A stretch of DNA of 16,015 nucleotides from Candidatus Babeliales bacterium. Its GTDB lineage: Bacteria > Babelota > Babeliae > Babelales > Vermiphilaceae. Positions within the stretch are counted from its first letter, which is position 1. The number at the start of each line of letters is the position of its first letter. This document shows, piece by piece, positions 6,844 through 16,015 of this stretch. The notes beneath the pieces were generated by a model, which saw only the letters and a list, made by a program, of their open reading frames with translations, did not search any database and was not told the DNA's origin. Where the stretch lies: assembly GCA_044451405.1 (NCBI GenBank), contig JBIOKB010000021.1, forward strand, positions 1-16,015, read 5' to 3'. Position numbers and translations under genes: made by a program.

Positions 6844-8910
6844 ATGAGTAATCCACTAGAGAAATATAGAAATATAGGTATTGCTGCTCATATTGACGCA
6901 GGTAAAACAACGGTTACCGAGCGCATTTTGTTTTATACCGGTGTTTCCCACAAGATTGGTGAGGTTCATGAGGGTGCAGCTACCATGGATTGGATGGAGC
7001 AAGAGCGTGAACGTGGTATTACCATTACCTCAGCTGCGACCACCTGCCAGTGGAAAGGATTTCACATCAACATCATTGATACGCCAGGGCACGTTGATTT
7101 TACTATTGAAGTAGGACGGTCGCTCCGAGTGCTTGATGGTGCTGTTGCAGTATTTAGTGCCGTTGATGGGGTTCAGCCACAATCAGAAACGGTGTGGCGT
7201 CAAATGAACCGCTATCGAGTTCCCCGTATTATTTTTGCTAATAAAATGGATCGTATCGGTGCCGATTATTTCATGGTTATTGATGATGTGAATGAAAAGC
7301 TCCAAGCAAATGCTATAGCTATGCAGTTGCCGGTAGGTTCAGAAGAATTATTTGCAGGGATTATTGATCTTCTTACTCTGAAGATGGCAACCTTTGAAGG
7401 TGAAATGGGAGCAGTTATTAAATGGTCTGAAATTCCTGCTGAATATCTGGAACGAGTACAAGAATTGCGCGTTAAAATTATTGAAGCAGCATGTGATTTT
7501 GATGATGATTTAGCTGAAAAGTATCTTAATGGAGAAGAAACACCGCTTGATCAAGTAAAAAAAGCGCTACGTGTTGGGGTGTTAGCGCGTAAAGTTACCC
7601 CAGCATTTTGTGGTACTGCATTTAAAAATAAAGGTGTTCAGCTCTTACTTGATGGGGTCGTTGAATACTTACCATCACCACTTGATGTGCCTCCGGTAGT
7701 AGGGACCCTTCCCGGAAAAGGGCAAGAGGTGTCCCGTAAGGCGGACCCTAAAGAGCCATTTGCGGCATTAGTATTTAAAATTATGACAGACCCTTTTGTA
7801 GGTGTCTTAAACTTTATTCGGGTCTACTCGGGAGAGTTGCGTTCAGGTTCTTACGTAGTAAATGCGCGTACTGGTTCAAAGGAGCGCGTAAGCCGTCTTA
7901 TTAAGATGCATGCAAATAAACGAGAAGAAATTGAAGTCGTTCGTGCAGGGGATATCGCGGCAATTGTAGGAGCAAAAGATGCAAGTACTGGAGATACCTT
8001 GTGTGCTGAAGGACATGTGCTATACTTAGAATCAATTGATGTTCCACCGCCGGTTATTTCATCGTCTATTGAGCCTAAAAATAAAGCTGACTATGAAAAA
8101 GTGGGTATCGCATTGCGCAAGTTAATGCAGGAAGATCCATCATTCCGTTTCTCATTTAATGAAGAAACAGGGCAGACGGTTATCGAAGGAATGGGTGAGC
8201 TGCATCTTGAAATTAAGGTTGATATCTTAAAACGAGAGCCGTACAACCTTGAAGTTACCCAGGGTAAGTTGCAAGTTGCTTATAAAGAAACCATCCAAAA
8301 GCCGACCCAAGCTGAAGGTAAGTTTATTCGTCAGTCTGGTGGTCGCGGTCAATATGGGCACGTTTTTATTGCGATGGAACCATTAGAGCGTGGAAAAGGC
8401 TTTGTATTTGAAAACAAGGTCGTTGGTGGTTCAATACCTAAAGAATATATTGCTCCGGTGCAAAAAGGGATTGAAGAAGCCTTAAATTCAGGGATCCTTG
8501 CAGGCTACCCAGTAGTTGATTTTAAGGTCACGTTAATTGATGGATCGTACCACGATGTGGACTCTTCAGAATTAGCATTTAAAGTTGCTGGTTCTATGGC
8601 ATTTAAAGACGGTATGGCAAAAGCTTCACCGGTACTTCTTGAGCCGATTATGAAGGTTGAAGTTGATACGCCTGAAGAGTACATGGGAAGTGTTATGGGT
8701 GACCTCAATTCTCGCAGAGGCAGAATCATGGGTATGGAAGCAAAAGGGAACAAGCAGGTTATTACTGCAGAAGTTCCGCTAGGGGAAATGTTTGGCTATA
8801 CCACTGAGTTGCGTTCGATGAGTAAGGGACGAGCGAGTTCGTCCATGGAATTCTCATGTTATCGTGAAGTTCCAAAACATGCTCAAGAATTAATTGTTGA
8901 AAAGAAATAG
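6844..8910 (+). CDS. fusA: Elongation factor G
   Basis: [33 protein letters not shown] and YHDVDSS motifs; 688 aa; str operon position. Confidence 0.99.
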   Translation: MSNPLEKYRNIGIAAHIDAGKTTVTERILFYTGVSHKIGEVHEGAATMDWMEQERERGITITSAATTCQWKGFHINIIDTPGHVDFTIEVGRSLRVLDGAVAVFSAVDGVQPQSETVWRQMNRYRVPRIIFANKMDRIGADYFMVIDDVNEKLQANAIAMQLPVGSEELFAGIIDLLTLKMATFEGEMGAVIKWSEIPAEYLERVQELRVKIIEAACDFDDDLAEKYLNGEETPLDQVKKALRVGVLARKVTPAFCGTAFKNKGVQLLLDGVVEYLPSPLDVPPVVGTLPGKGQEVSRKADPKEPFAALVFKIMTDPFVGVLNFIRVYSGELRSGSYVVNARTGSKERVSRLIKMHANKREEIEVVRAGDIAAIVGAKDASTGDTLCAEGHVLYLESIDVPPPVISSSIEPKNKADYEKVGIALRKLMQEDPSFRFSFNEETGQTVIEGMGELHLEIKVDILKREPYNLEVTQGKLQVAYKETIQKPTQAEGKFIRQSGGRGQYGHVFIAMEPLERGKGFVFENKVVGGSIPKEYIAPVQKGIEEALNSGILAGYPVVDFKVTLIDGSYHDVDSSELAFKVAGSMAFKDGMAKASPVLLEPIMKVEVDTPEEYMGSVMGDLNSRRGRIMGMEAKGNKQVITAEVPLGEMFGYTTELRSMSKGRASSSMEFSCYREVPKHAQELIVEKK

Positions 8911-8945
8911 TGTTATTTTTAATTGCTGTCTAGGAGAATCTGACA

Positions 8946-10136
8946 ATGGCAAGAGATACGTTTGAGCGTAAAAAACCGCACGTTAACGTCGGAACTATTG
9001 GTCACGTTGACCATGGTAAAACAACGTTAACCGCTGCAATTACCAAATATTTAGCATCAAAGGGGTTAGCGCAAGCTAAAGATTTCTCAGAAATCGATAA
9101 TGCGCCAGAAGAAAGAGAACGTGGTATTACGATTGCAACTTCACACGTGGAGTATGAATCAGAAAAACGCCACTATGCTCACGTAGATTGCCCAGGACAC
9201 GCTGACTATGTTAAAAACATGATCACGGGTGCAGCGCAAATGGACGGCGGTATCTTAGTAGTATCTGCAGCCGATGGTGCGATGCCTCAAACACGTGAAC
9301 ATATCGTTTTAGCAAAAAACGTTAACGTTCCAGCACTTGTAGTATTCCTTAACAAGTGTGACATGGTTGACGATCCAGATATGATCGACATGGTTGAAGA
9401 AGAAATTAGAGATCTTCTTAAAAAATATGATTTCCCTGGTGATACAATTCCGGTTATCAGAGGTTCAGCGCTTAAAGCATTGAATGGTGATACAGGTGAA
9501 TATGGTTATCCAGCGATTCAAAAATTAGTTGATGCATTAGATAACTCTATTCCATTACCAAAACGAGACATCGAAAAACCATTCTTAATGTCAGTTGAAG
9601 GTGTGTTTTCTATCTCAGGCCGTGGTACGGTTGCAACAGGTAGAATTGATACCGGTATTGTAAAAGTTGGCGATGATGTAGCAATTATTGGTTTTGGTAA
9701 AGACGTTAAAACTACCGTTACTGGTGTTGAAATGTTCCGCAAGATATTAAACGAAGGTCAAGCGGGTGATAACGTAGGTATTCTCTTGCGTGGTGTTAAA
9801 AAAGAAGATGTTGAACGTGGTATGGTTATTGCTAAACCAGGTTCTATTACGCCACATAAGAAATTCAAATGCGAAGTATACATTCTAAGCAAAGAAGAAG
9901 GTGGTCGTCACTCACCGTTCTTTAATGGCTACAGACCGCAATTTTATTTCAGAACAACTGACGTTACTGGTGTAGTAACATTAGATGCAGGTCGTGAAAT
10001 GGTTATGCCTGGCGACAACGTAATGTTGACCGTTGATTTAATTTCACCAATTGCGATGGAAAAAGACGTGCGTTTTGCTATCCGTGAAGGTGGTAGAACG
10101 GTTGGTTCTGGTGTTGTAACTCAAATCTTAGAATAA
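8946..10136 (+). CDS. tuf: Elongation factor Tu
   Basis: [26 protein letters not shown] and [11 protein letters not shown] motifs; 396 aa. Confidence 0.99.
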   Translation: MARDTFERKKPHVNVGTIGHVDHGKTTLTAAITKYLASKGLAQAKDFSEIDNAPEERERGITIATSHVEYESEKRHYAHVDCPGHADYVKNMITGAAQMDGGILVVSAADGAMPQTREHIVLAKNVNVPALVVFLNKCDMVDDPDMIDMVEEEIRDLLKKYDFPGDTIPVIRGSALKALNGDTGEYGYPAIQKLVDALDNSIPLPKRDIEKPFLMSVEGVFSISGRGTVATGRIDTGIVKVGDDVAIIGFGKDVKTTVTGVEMFRKILNEGQAGDNVGILLRGVKKEDVERGMVIAKPGSITPHKKFKCEVYILSKEEGGRHSPFFNGYRPQFYFRTTDVTGVVTLDAGREMVMPGDNVMLTVDLISPIAMEKDVRFAIREGGRTVGSGVVTQILE

Positions 10137-10147
10137 TTAGGTTATCA

Positions 10148-10453
10148 ATGAAGAAACAAAAAATACGTTTGACATTAAAATCATACGACCATCAATTGCT
10201 TGATAAAGCAGTCAAACAAATTGTTTCAACAGTTAAAAGAACCGGTTCCCTATTGGTGGGACCGGTTCCTATGCCTAATAAACGGCGCTGTTTTACCGTG
10301 TTACGATCACCACACGTTGATAAAGAGTCACGGGAACAATTTGAATTAACTACCCATAGACGCATTTTAGACATCATCGCTCCTTCAGATCAGACAATGG
10401 ACGCCCTGATGAAATTAAATATATCGTCTGGTGTTGATGTCGAGATTAAATAA
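10148..10453 (+). CDS. rpsJ: 30S ribosomal protein S10
   Basis: [32 protein letters not shown]. Confidence 0.98.
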   Translation: MKKQKIRLTLKSYDHQLLDKAVKQIVSTVKRTGSLLVGPVPMPNKRRCFTVLRSPHVDKESREQFELTTHRRILDIIAPSDQTMDALMKLNISSGVDVEIK

Positions 10454-10473
10454 TTGGTGAAAGGTCTTCCACA

Positions 10474-11094
10474 ATGGTTACAGGTCTTTGGGGCAAAAAA
10501 ATCGGAATGACCCAAATATTTTCTGAACAAGGTATCATAGTGCCTGTTACCGCAATTGATGTAGCGCATTGGCTAGTTGTAGGTATTAAAACTGCAGCTC
10601 GTGATGGCTACCACGCGGTAAAAATTGGGTGTGTTAAACCACGCTATGTTCAAGAAAATTTCTCCGAACAATGGCTTAAAAAGTCACAACAATATTTTTC
10701 TTTTATTAAAGAAGTACGTTTAGAACAAGAAGTACCAGATCTTACAGTAGGTAAACCAGCTGATTTTCATACCGTCTTAGGGTTAGGAGATAAAGTTGAT
10801 GTGTCTGGTAAAACTATAGGGCGTGGATTTTCTGGTGTTGTAAAACGCCATAATTTTAATGGTCCTCCAGCGTCTCACGGTTCTACCATGGGTAAGCGAA
10901 CAGGGTCACTCGGCTTTATGCGTTCACGCGGACGTGTCATTAAAGGTAAGCGTATGCCAGGACAGTATGGAAATACGCTGCATAAAGTTCAGAATCTTGA
11001 AGTTATACGAATTGAATCAGATGCCAAAATTGTTTTGGTAAAAGGTGCGATACCTGGTAAAGCTGGTTCATTAGTTTTTGTGCAGAAAGCGTAG
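10474..11094 (+). CDS. rplC: 50S ribosomal protein L3
   Basis: GKKIGMTQIF, VDVSGKTIGRGFSGVVKRH, KGKRMPG, VKGAIPG. Confidence 0.98.
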   Translation: MVTGLWGKKIGMTQIFSEQGIIVPVTAIDVAHWLVVGIKTAARDGYHAVKIGCVKPRYVQENFSEQWLKKSQQYFSFIKEVRLEQEVPDLTVGKPADFHTVLGLGDKVDVSGKTIGRGFSGVVKRHNFNGPPASHGSTMGKRTGSLGFMRSRGRVIKGKRMPGQYGNTLHKVQNLEVIRIESDAKIVLVKGAIPGKAGSLVFVQKA

Positions 11095-11101
11095 GTATAT
11101 C

Positions 11102-11755
11102 ATGAATAAAAAAACTACAACAAAGACACTAAAAAATACAGCTACTGCTCAAGGCGCCGTATCACTTGCTGATTTAAATTTAGATGGTTCTCTTAGAAAA
11201 AATGATGTAGCAGGTTTTTCATTATGGGTTCGCTCATTATTGCAAAATTGGCGACAAGGTACGGTAGCATGTAAGGGGCGTTCGGATGTTGCTAAAGCAA
11301 ACCGTAAGCCTTGGAAGCAAAAGGGTACCGGTCGTGCACGTGCAGGATCTGCTCGTTCTCCATTATGGCGTGGTGGTGGTGTTACTTTTGGACCACAACC
11401 TCGCGTACGTACATTAACGGTTTCGCAAAAATTAAAACAGGGTGTATTAAATACATTGCTGTTTAATTTTGTTGAAAAAGGTAATGTGCGTTCTCTTGAT
11501 TGGGTAGCAGGAGACGTACCAAAAACAGCTACAGCATATGCAGCATTAAAACAAGCAGCACTCCATACTAAAAAAGTAACATTATTTTTACCGGTAAATG
11601 ACATGATTGCATACGCATCATTTGTTAATTTACCCAATGTTCAAATTTTGTTTTTTGATCAGGCAAATGCCTACGACCTAGCGGCGAGTAACTGCTGGGT
11701 ATTTTTGAACAAAGATTTTGATCGATTTAAAGAAATGGCTTCACGATGGATTTAA
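11102..11755 (+). CDS. rplD: 50S ribosomal protein L4
   Basis: RQGT, KPWKQKGTGRARAGS and SPLWRGGGVTFGP motifs. ATG at 11102 (after AGGT) is preferred over the track start 11078, which lies inside rplC. Confidence 0.97.
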   Translation: MNKKTTTKTLKNTATAQGAVSLADLNLDGSLRKNDVAGFSLWVRSLLQNWRQGTVACKGRSDVAKANRKPWKQKGTGRARAGSARSPLWRGGGVTFGPQPRVRTLTVSQKLKQGVLNTLLFNFVEKGNVRSLDWVAGDVPKTATAYAALKQAALHTKKVTLFLPVNDMIAYASFVNLPNVQILFFDQANAYDLAASNCWVFLNKDFDRFKEMASRWI

Positions 11756-12093
11756 ATATATTCGATATCATTATAGGGCCAGTAGTGAGCGATAAAGCAT
11801 ACCGGCTTAATAAAACGCAAAAGAAGCTAGCATTACTTGTGCACCCACAAGCCAATAAGCCGTTGATTAAAAAAGCATTGCAACGACTTTTTGATGTGCA
11901 AGTTGAAGACGTTCGTATTGTGGTGCGTAAAGGTAAAATACGTCGCGCTGGCCGACGAGAGGTCCAAGGGACGCTAACAAAAAAAGCGATTGTTACGTTA
12001 GCTAAAGGATATTCTCTCGATTTATTTGATCAGGGCGGTAGCAGCGTTGTTGCTGAAAAGCATCAGGCTGGTATCGATCAACATAACGACTAA
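11746..12093 (+). CDS. rplW: 50S ribosomal protein L23
   Basis: PVVSDKA, ANKPLIKKA..LFDVQV and KKAIVTL motifs; lies between rplD and rplB; 10-nt overlap with rplD. Confidence 0.95.
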   Translation: MDLNIFDIIIGPVVSDKAYRLNKTQKKLALLVHPQANKPLIKKALQRLFDVQVEDVRIVVRKGKIRRAGRREVQGTLTKKAIVTLAKGYSLDLFDQGGSSVVAEKHQAGIDQHND

Positions 12094-12102
12094 GGATGTT
12101 CA

Positions 12103-12918
12103 ATGGCAATACGTACAAGAAAACCAAGAAATTCATCGCTTCGATTTCAAACATTTGTAGATACGAGCGATTTAACAAAGAAAAAGCCTGAAAAGCGCTT
12201 GGTTAAAGGACTTAAAAAGAGTGGTGGGCGAAACGCATATGGAAGAATCACCGTACGTCATCGTGGTGGCGGTGCGGTGCGTAAATACCGTATGGTCGAT
12301 TTTGCGCGTACTGAGCGTGATATTGAAGGTAAAATAACGGCAGTTGAGTATGATCCAAATCGTAATACACGTTTAGGATTAGTGGCCTATAAAAATGGTG
12401 CTAAAAAGTATATACTTATGCCGGATGGTTTATCGATCGGCAGCATGGTTATGGCAAGCGAAAAAGCTGAAGCAAAAGTTGGTAATTGCCTTCCATTAAA
12501 AAATATTCCTATTGGTTTTACGGTTCATAACATTGAAATTACACCAGGTTCTGGCGGCAAATTTGCACGCAGTGCAGGAACGTCCGTCCAGTTTGTAGCT
12601 AAAACTGAAGAACATGCTACGTTGCGCATGCCATCAGGTGAAGTTCGTATGGTTCCATTACAATGTTGGGCAACTATCGGTGTTCTTGGTAATGCTGATT
12701 ATAAGAATATTACGTGGGGTAAAGCAGGTCGTACCCGTCACTTAGGTATTAGACCAACAGTGCGTGGTATGGCGATGAACCCAGTGGATCACCCGCATGG
12801 TGGTGGTGAGGGTCGTTCTAAATCAGGATCACATCCTATGAGCCCATGGGGTAAAGGATCTAAAGGTACTCGAACACGTACGCGCAAGAATGCTTTAATT
12901 TTGAAACGACGTAAGTAA
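12103..12918 (+). CDS. rplB: 50S ribosomal protein L2
   Basis: GRITVRHRGGG, EYDPNR, RPTVRGMAMNPVDHPHGGGEGR. Confidence 0.99.
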   Translation: MAIRTRKPRNSSLRFQTFVDTSDLTKKKPEKRLVKGLKKSGGRNAYGRITVRHRGGGAVRKYRMVDFARTERDIEGKITAVEYDPNRNTRLGLVAYKNGAKKYILMPDGLSIGSMVMASEKAEAKVGNCLPLKNIPIGFTVHNIEITPGSGGKFARSAGTSVQFVAKTEEHATLRMPSGEVRMVPLQCWATIGVLGNADYKNITWGKAGRTRHLGIRPTVRGMAMNPVDHPHGGGEGRSKSGSHPMSPWGKGSKGTRTRTRKNALILKRRK

Positions 12919-12942
12919 GGTATATAATTAAGGAATTACACA

Positions 12943-13239
12943 ATGGCTAGATCGTCAAAAAAAGGTCCTTATGTACAACCTTCATTAATGAAGAAAGTAC
13001 AAAAGCTCAAGGAAAGTGGTAAGCGAGATGTTATTAAAACCTGGTCTCGCAGAAGTATGATTACTCCTGATTTTGTAGGGTTAACCATCGCAGTACATAA
13101 TGGCAAAAAATTCAATCCGGTATTTATCACGGAAAACATGGTAGGCCATTATTTAGGTGAGTTTTCTCCAACAAGAACATTTAGATTACATAGTGGTCAA
13201 AGAAAAGCTGGTGCAGCAACACCGGCGGCAGCGCAATAA
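12943..13239 (+). CDS. rpsS: 30S ribosomal protein S19
   Basis: [33 protein letters not shown]. Confidence 0.98.
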   Translation: MARSSKKGPYVQPSLMKKVQKLKESGKRDVIKTWSRRSMITPDFVGLTIAVHNGKKFNPVFITENMVGHYLGEFSPTRTFRLHSGQRKAGAATPAAAQ

Positions 13240-13275
13240 GAAAGTACATGTGTGAAACAAAGTAAGGATATAACA

Positions 13276-13623
13276 ATGTCATTTGTAGCTAAAGCACGAC
13301 GAGTTCCGTTGTCGCCCTATAAAGTGAGACCACTTGTTGATGTTATCCGTGGTAAAAATGTGCAGTATGCGTTGGCATGGTTAGCTACGTATCCAGCAAA
13401 AAAAGCTTTACCATTAAGCAAAATGGTTGCATCAGCTGCGGCAAATGCAAAACATTTGCGTAACATCGAAGCCTCAGATTTATTCATTAAAGAAATTCGT
13501 GTAGATCAAGCTCCTATGTACCGTTACTACAAAGCAGGTGCTATGGGACGATCAAATATTTATAGAAAGCGTTTCTGTCACATGGAAGTTGTGTTAGAAC
13601 AAGCAACTGAAAAGGTGGTGTAG
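13276..13623 (+). CDS. rplV: 50S ribosomal protein L22
   Basis: SPYKVR..VDVIRG and SAAANA motifs, plus operon position. ATG at 13276 after AAGGA is preferred over GTG at 13252. Confidence 0.96.
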   Translation: MSFVAKARRVPLSPYKVRPLVDVIRGKNVQYALAWLATYPAKKALPLSKMVASAAANAKHLRNIEASDLFIKEIRVDQAPMYRYYKAGAMGRSNIYRKRFCHMEVVLEQATEKVV

Positions 13624-13624
13624 T

Positions 13625-14248
13625 ATGGGACAAAAGGTAAACCCAATAGGGTTTAGACTTGGTATCTATCGCGATTGGAATGCACGTTGGTTTGCGCGCG
13701 GTAAATATGGCGAACAAGTTTTAGAAGACATCGCTATTAGAAATTTCTTAAACAAGGCATTAGCAGAAGCTGAATTGTCTCGTATTGAAATTGAAAAAGC
13801 AGGAGATAATATTCGTATTATTCTTCATGCAGGACGTCCTGGCGTTGTTATTGGTAAAAGAGGTCAGGAAATTGAAGTGCTCAAAAGTCAGCTTGCACAC
13901 AAGTTAGGTAAAAAAGCAATTGAAATCTCAGTGCAAGAAGTTAAAACTCCTGATTTAGATGCAACATTGGTTGCAAAAAGCATAGCGGAACAGCTTGTTA
14001 AACGAGGCAGTGTTAAAAAGGCTATGAAACGTTCGGCAACCAGCACTATGAAGAGTGGTGCTAAAGGTATTAAAATTTGCTGTTCTGGACGTTTACAAGG
14101 GGCAGAAATTGCACGTCAGGAATGGATGCGTGTAGGATCAGTTCCGCTTCATACATTACGATCAAATATCGATTATGGGTTTGCGGAAGCAAAGACTACG
14201 TACGGTATGATTGGCGTTAAGGTATGGATTTGTCGCGGCGAATTTTAG
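13625..14248 (+). CDS. rpsC: 30S ribosomal protein S3
   Basis: MGQKVNPIGFRLG, RPGVVIGK, SGRLQGAEIAR, VPLHTLR, GVKVWI. Confidence 0.99.
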   Translation: MGQKVNPIGFRLGIYRDWNARWFARGKYGEQVLEDIAIRNFLNKALAEAELSRIEIEKAGDNIRIILHAGRPGVVIGKRGQEIEVLKSQLAHKLGKKAIEISVQEVKTPDLDATLVAKSIAEQLVKRGSVKKAMKRSATSTMKSGAKGIKICCSGRLQGAEIARQEWMRVGSVPLHTLRSNIDYGFAEAKTTYGMIGVKVWICRGEF

Positions 14249-14275
14249 CAGTACGCTACATGAAAGATTAAAACT

Positions 14276-14713
14276 ATGTTAATGCCTAAAAAGATTAAAT
14301 ATAGAAAAGTGCAACGAGGGACCATGAAGGGCCGTGCTAAAGGCGGTCGCGATGTCCATTTTGGTGAATTTGGGCTTCAAGCCTTAGAACCGTGCTGGTT
14401 AACTGCTCAACAAATTGAAGCTATGCGGGTTACTATTGCTCGAAATTTAAAGAAAGTTGGTAGGCTTTATCTTCGAGTATTTCCTGATAAGCCAGTTACC
14501 AAGAAGCCAGCTGAAACTCGTATGGGTAAAGGTAAAGGAAACCCGGAATTATGGGTTGCTGTGGTTAAACGAGGTAAAGTTATTTGCGAATTAGGCGGCC
14601 TTGAAGAGTCAGTAGCCCGTGAAATATTGCACCAAGCTACCTATAAACTCCCTATAAAAACCAAATTGGTTAAAAAAGAGATCCAAGCTGAGCAGATACG
14701 CTCACAGGGTTGA
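14276..14713 (+). CDS. rplP: 50S ribosomal protein L16
   Basis: [42 protein letters not shown]. Confidence 0.99.
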   Translation: MLMPKKIKYRKVQRGTMKGRAKGGRDVHFGEFGLQALEPCWLTAQQIEAMRVTIARNLKKVGRLYLRVFPDKPVTKKPAETRMGKGKGNPELWVAVVKRGKVICELGGLEESVAREILHQATYKLPIKTKLVKKEIQAEQIRSQG

Positions 14714-14743
14714 TCTTTTCAGCCAGTGAATTACACTTAGAAG

Positions 14744-14950
14744 ATGACTATGAAGATACGTGATATTAAAAAAGAGCTAAAAAATCTTAACGCATACGAT
14801 TTAATGGTTAAAGAGGTAACTTTTAGACAAGAACTCTTTAATCATAATTTAACTGTAGCAACAGGGCATGTTAAGGACTATTCGCAGTTTAAGAAACTTC
14901 GTAAAAATATAGCGCGAGCTATGACCTATAGACATCAAAAAGGTACTTAA
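14744..14950 (+). CDS. rpmC: 50S ribosomal protein L29 (start may be 14750)
   Basis: ELF...ATG and KKLRKNIARAMT motifs; lies between rplP and rpsQ. Confidence 0.92.
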   Translation: MTMKIRDIKKELKNLNAYDLMVKEVTFRQELFNHNLTVATGHVKDYSQFKKLRKNIARAMTYRHQKGT

Positions 14951-15222
14951 TGGCAAAAGAACTTAAAGAAAAACGTACATATATTGGCATGGTAACTTCT
15001 GATTTGATGGACAAAACTATTGTTGTGCGTGTGGAACGTACCTATACGCATCCAGAGTTTCATAAGACTATGCGTACTACTAAGAAGTACAAAGTCCATG
15101 ATGAACAAGAGCAGGCTAAGATTGGGGATACCGTAGAATTTTACGAAGGCCGCCCTGTATCTAAGACCAAATATATGTATCTTGCTCGTGTAGTCAGTGC
15201 GGCTACCGCAAGCAGTAAATAA
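14950..15222 (+). CDS. rpsQ: 30S ribosomal protein S17
   Basis: G.VTSD.MDKTIVV, KKYKVHDE and RPVSKTK motifs; TAATG stop/start overlap with rpmC. Confidence 0.98.
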   Translation: MAKELKEKRTYIGMVTSDLMDKTIVVRVERTYTHPEFHKTMRTTKKYKVHDEQEQAKIGDTVEFYEGRPVSKTKYMYLARVVSAATASSK

Positions 15223-15235
15223 TTAGAGTGATATC

Positions 15236-15607
15236 ATGATACAAAAAGAATCGTATTTAGAAGTGGCAGACAATTCTGGAGCGCAGGAGCTACAGTGTAT
15301 CCATATTATTGGAAGCACCGGTAAGCGTTATGCATATTTGGGAGACACTATTAAGTGTTCTGTCAAAAGAGCAATTCCTGGTGGAAAAGTAAAAAAGGGT
15401 GAAGTGGTTACTGCTGTTGTTGTTAGAACTGCAAAAGAATTTAGACGAGAAGATGGAAGCTATATCCGTTTTGGTGACAATGCGGCTGTCATTATTAATG
15501 CAGAAAGTGGCGAACCTCTTGCTTCACGTATTTTTGGTCCTATTGCACGGGAAATTCGTGTGAAAGGCTATGTGAAAATCGCGTCATTAGCACCAGAGGT
15601 TTTGTAA
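15236..15607 (+). CDS. rplN: 50S ribosomal protein L14
   Basis: [42 protein letters not shown]. Confidence 0.99.
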   Translation: MIQKESYLEVADNSGAQELQCIHIIGSTGKRYAYLGDTIKCSVKRAIPGGKVKKGEVVTAVVVRTAKEFRREDGSYIRFGDNAAVIINAESGEPLASRIFGPIAREIRVKGYVKIASLAPEVL

Positions 15608-15616
15608 AGGATTACC

Positions 15617-15931
15617 ATGATAGCGCGTATAAGAAAAAACGACACGGTTATTGTTAGATCAGGCAAAGACAAAGGTGAACAGGGGACTGTTCTTGAAGTA
15701 TTGCCAAAAGAAGGTAAGGTGCTTGTTAAGGGCGTTGGTATTATTACCCGTCACGTTAAAGCCCGTAAGCAAGGTGATATTGCTGGTATCAGAAAAGAAG
15801 AGGGGTATTTGCAATTATCCCAAGTAATACCTCTATGCCCGTCATGCAAAAAGGGGTGCCGTGTGACAGCAAAAGTTATGGATAATGGCAACACTTCTCG
15901 TGCATGTCATCGTTGTAAGGAAATAATTTAG
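15617..15931 (+). CDS. rplX: 50S ribosomal protein L24 (zinc-ribbon type)
   Basis: KOW-like IRKNDTVIVRSGKDKG; C-terminal CPSC...CHRC. Confidence 0.97.
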   Translation: MIARIRKNDTVIVRSGKDKGEQGTVLEVLPKEGKVLVKGVGIITRHVKARKQGDIAGIRKEEGYLQLSQVIPLCPSCKKGCRVTAKVMDNGNTSRACHRCKEII

Positions 15932-15953
15932 TTAACAGGCAGGACAGAAAGAA

Positions 15954-16015
15954 ATGGCAAAAGCTCGGTTGGAAGAAATATATACTAAAACAATTTCTCC
16001 TAAATTATATAAAGA
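15954..16015 (+). CDS. rplE: 50S ribosomal protein L5, N-terminal fragment (runs off window)
   Basis: MAKARLEEIYTKTISPKLYK matches the L5 N-terminal pattern (RL...Y...I.P.L); canonical position after rplX; AGGA upstream. Confidence 0.85.
   Translation, partial: MAKARLEEIYTKTISPKLYK

Noticed and set aside
9300..9653. EF-Tu substitutions at elfamycin-related positions (LAKNV for LGRQV; GRIDTG for GRVERG)
   Set aside because: From memory, Asn at the Q124 position is common in Firmicutes and Thr at R233 in Bacteroidota. The main kirromycin residue (RFAIRE Ala) is intact, so this is not distinctive enough.
10876..10935. Divergent L3 loop near the peptidyl transferase centre (GKRTGSLGFMRSRG, no PrmB-target Gln)
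   Set aside because: This loop is naturally variable across bacteria; no specific claim can be supported without an alignment.
6306..11637. ORFs 6306..6563, 6881..7114, 8505..8753, 9518..9742, 10192..10377, 10859..11041 and 11149..11637
   Set aside because: Shadow ORFs inside highly conserved translation genes.
1..16015. Alternative genetic code, programmed frameshifts, introns/inteins, CRISPR, tRNA or mobile elements
   Set aside because: All core genes are full-length and uninterrupted in code 11, with TGA acting as stop; no repeat-spacer arrays, cloverleafs, transposase or integrase motifs were seen.

Overview
Bacterial chromosomal window (standard code 11; TGA is used as stop, e.g. rplP) with three parts. 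(i) 1-2222: four tandem minus-strand genes of unknown function. Each has a signal-peptide-like N-terminus and Gly-rich hydrophobic segments near the C-terminus, and at least two look paralogous. The first (1..549) runs off the window edge and is missing from the ORF track. (ii) 2297-5741: an NhaC-family ion/solute transporter (-), a solitary rplM (+) with no rpsI after it, and an RseP-type site-2 protease (-). (iii) 5964-16015: a continuous str-S10-spc ribosomal superoperon (rpsL rpsG fusA tuf rpsJ rplC rplD rplW rplB rpsS rplV rpsC rplP rpmC rpsQ rplN rplX and the start of rplE). Divergent core proteins plus arrays of small orphan signal-peptide proteins suggest a host-associated lineage such as Candidatus Dependentiae (TM6/Babelota); this is inference and needs an r-protein phylogeny. 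No RNA genes, mobile elements or CRISPR arrays were recognised. Best leads: the putative membrane-effector paralog array, natural EF-G substitutions at fusidic-acid resistance positions, S12 K88P, the split rplM-rpsI pair, and loss of conserved aspartates in the NhaC-family transporter. Reference sequences and residue numbering from other species are recalled from memory and need alignment checks.
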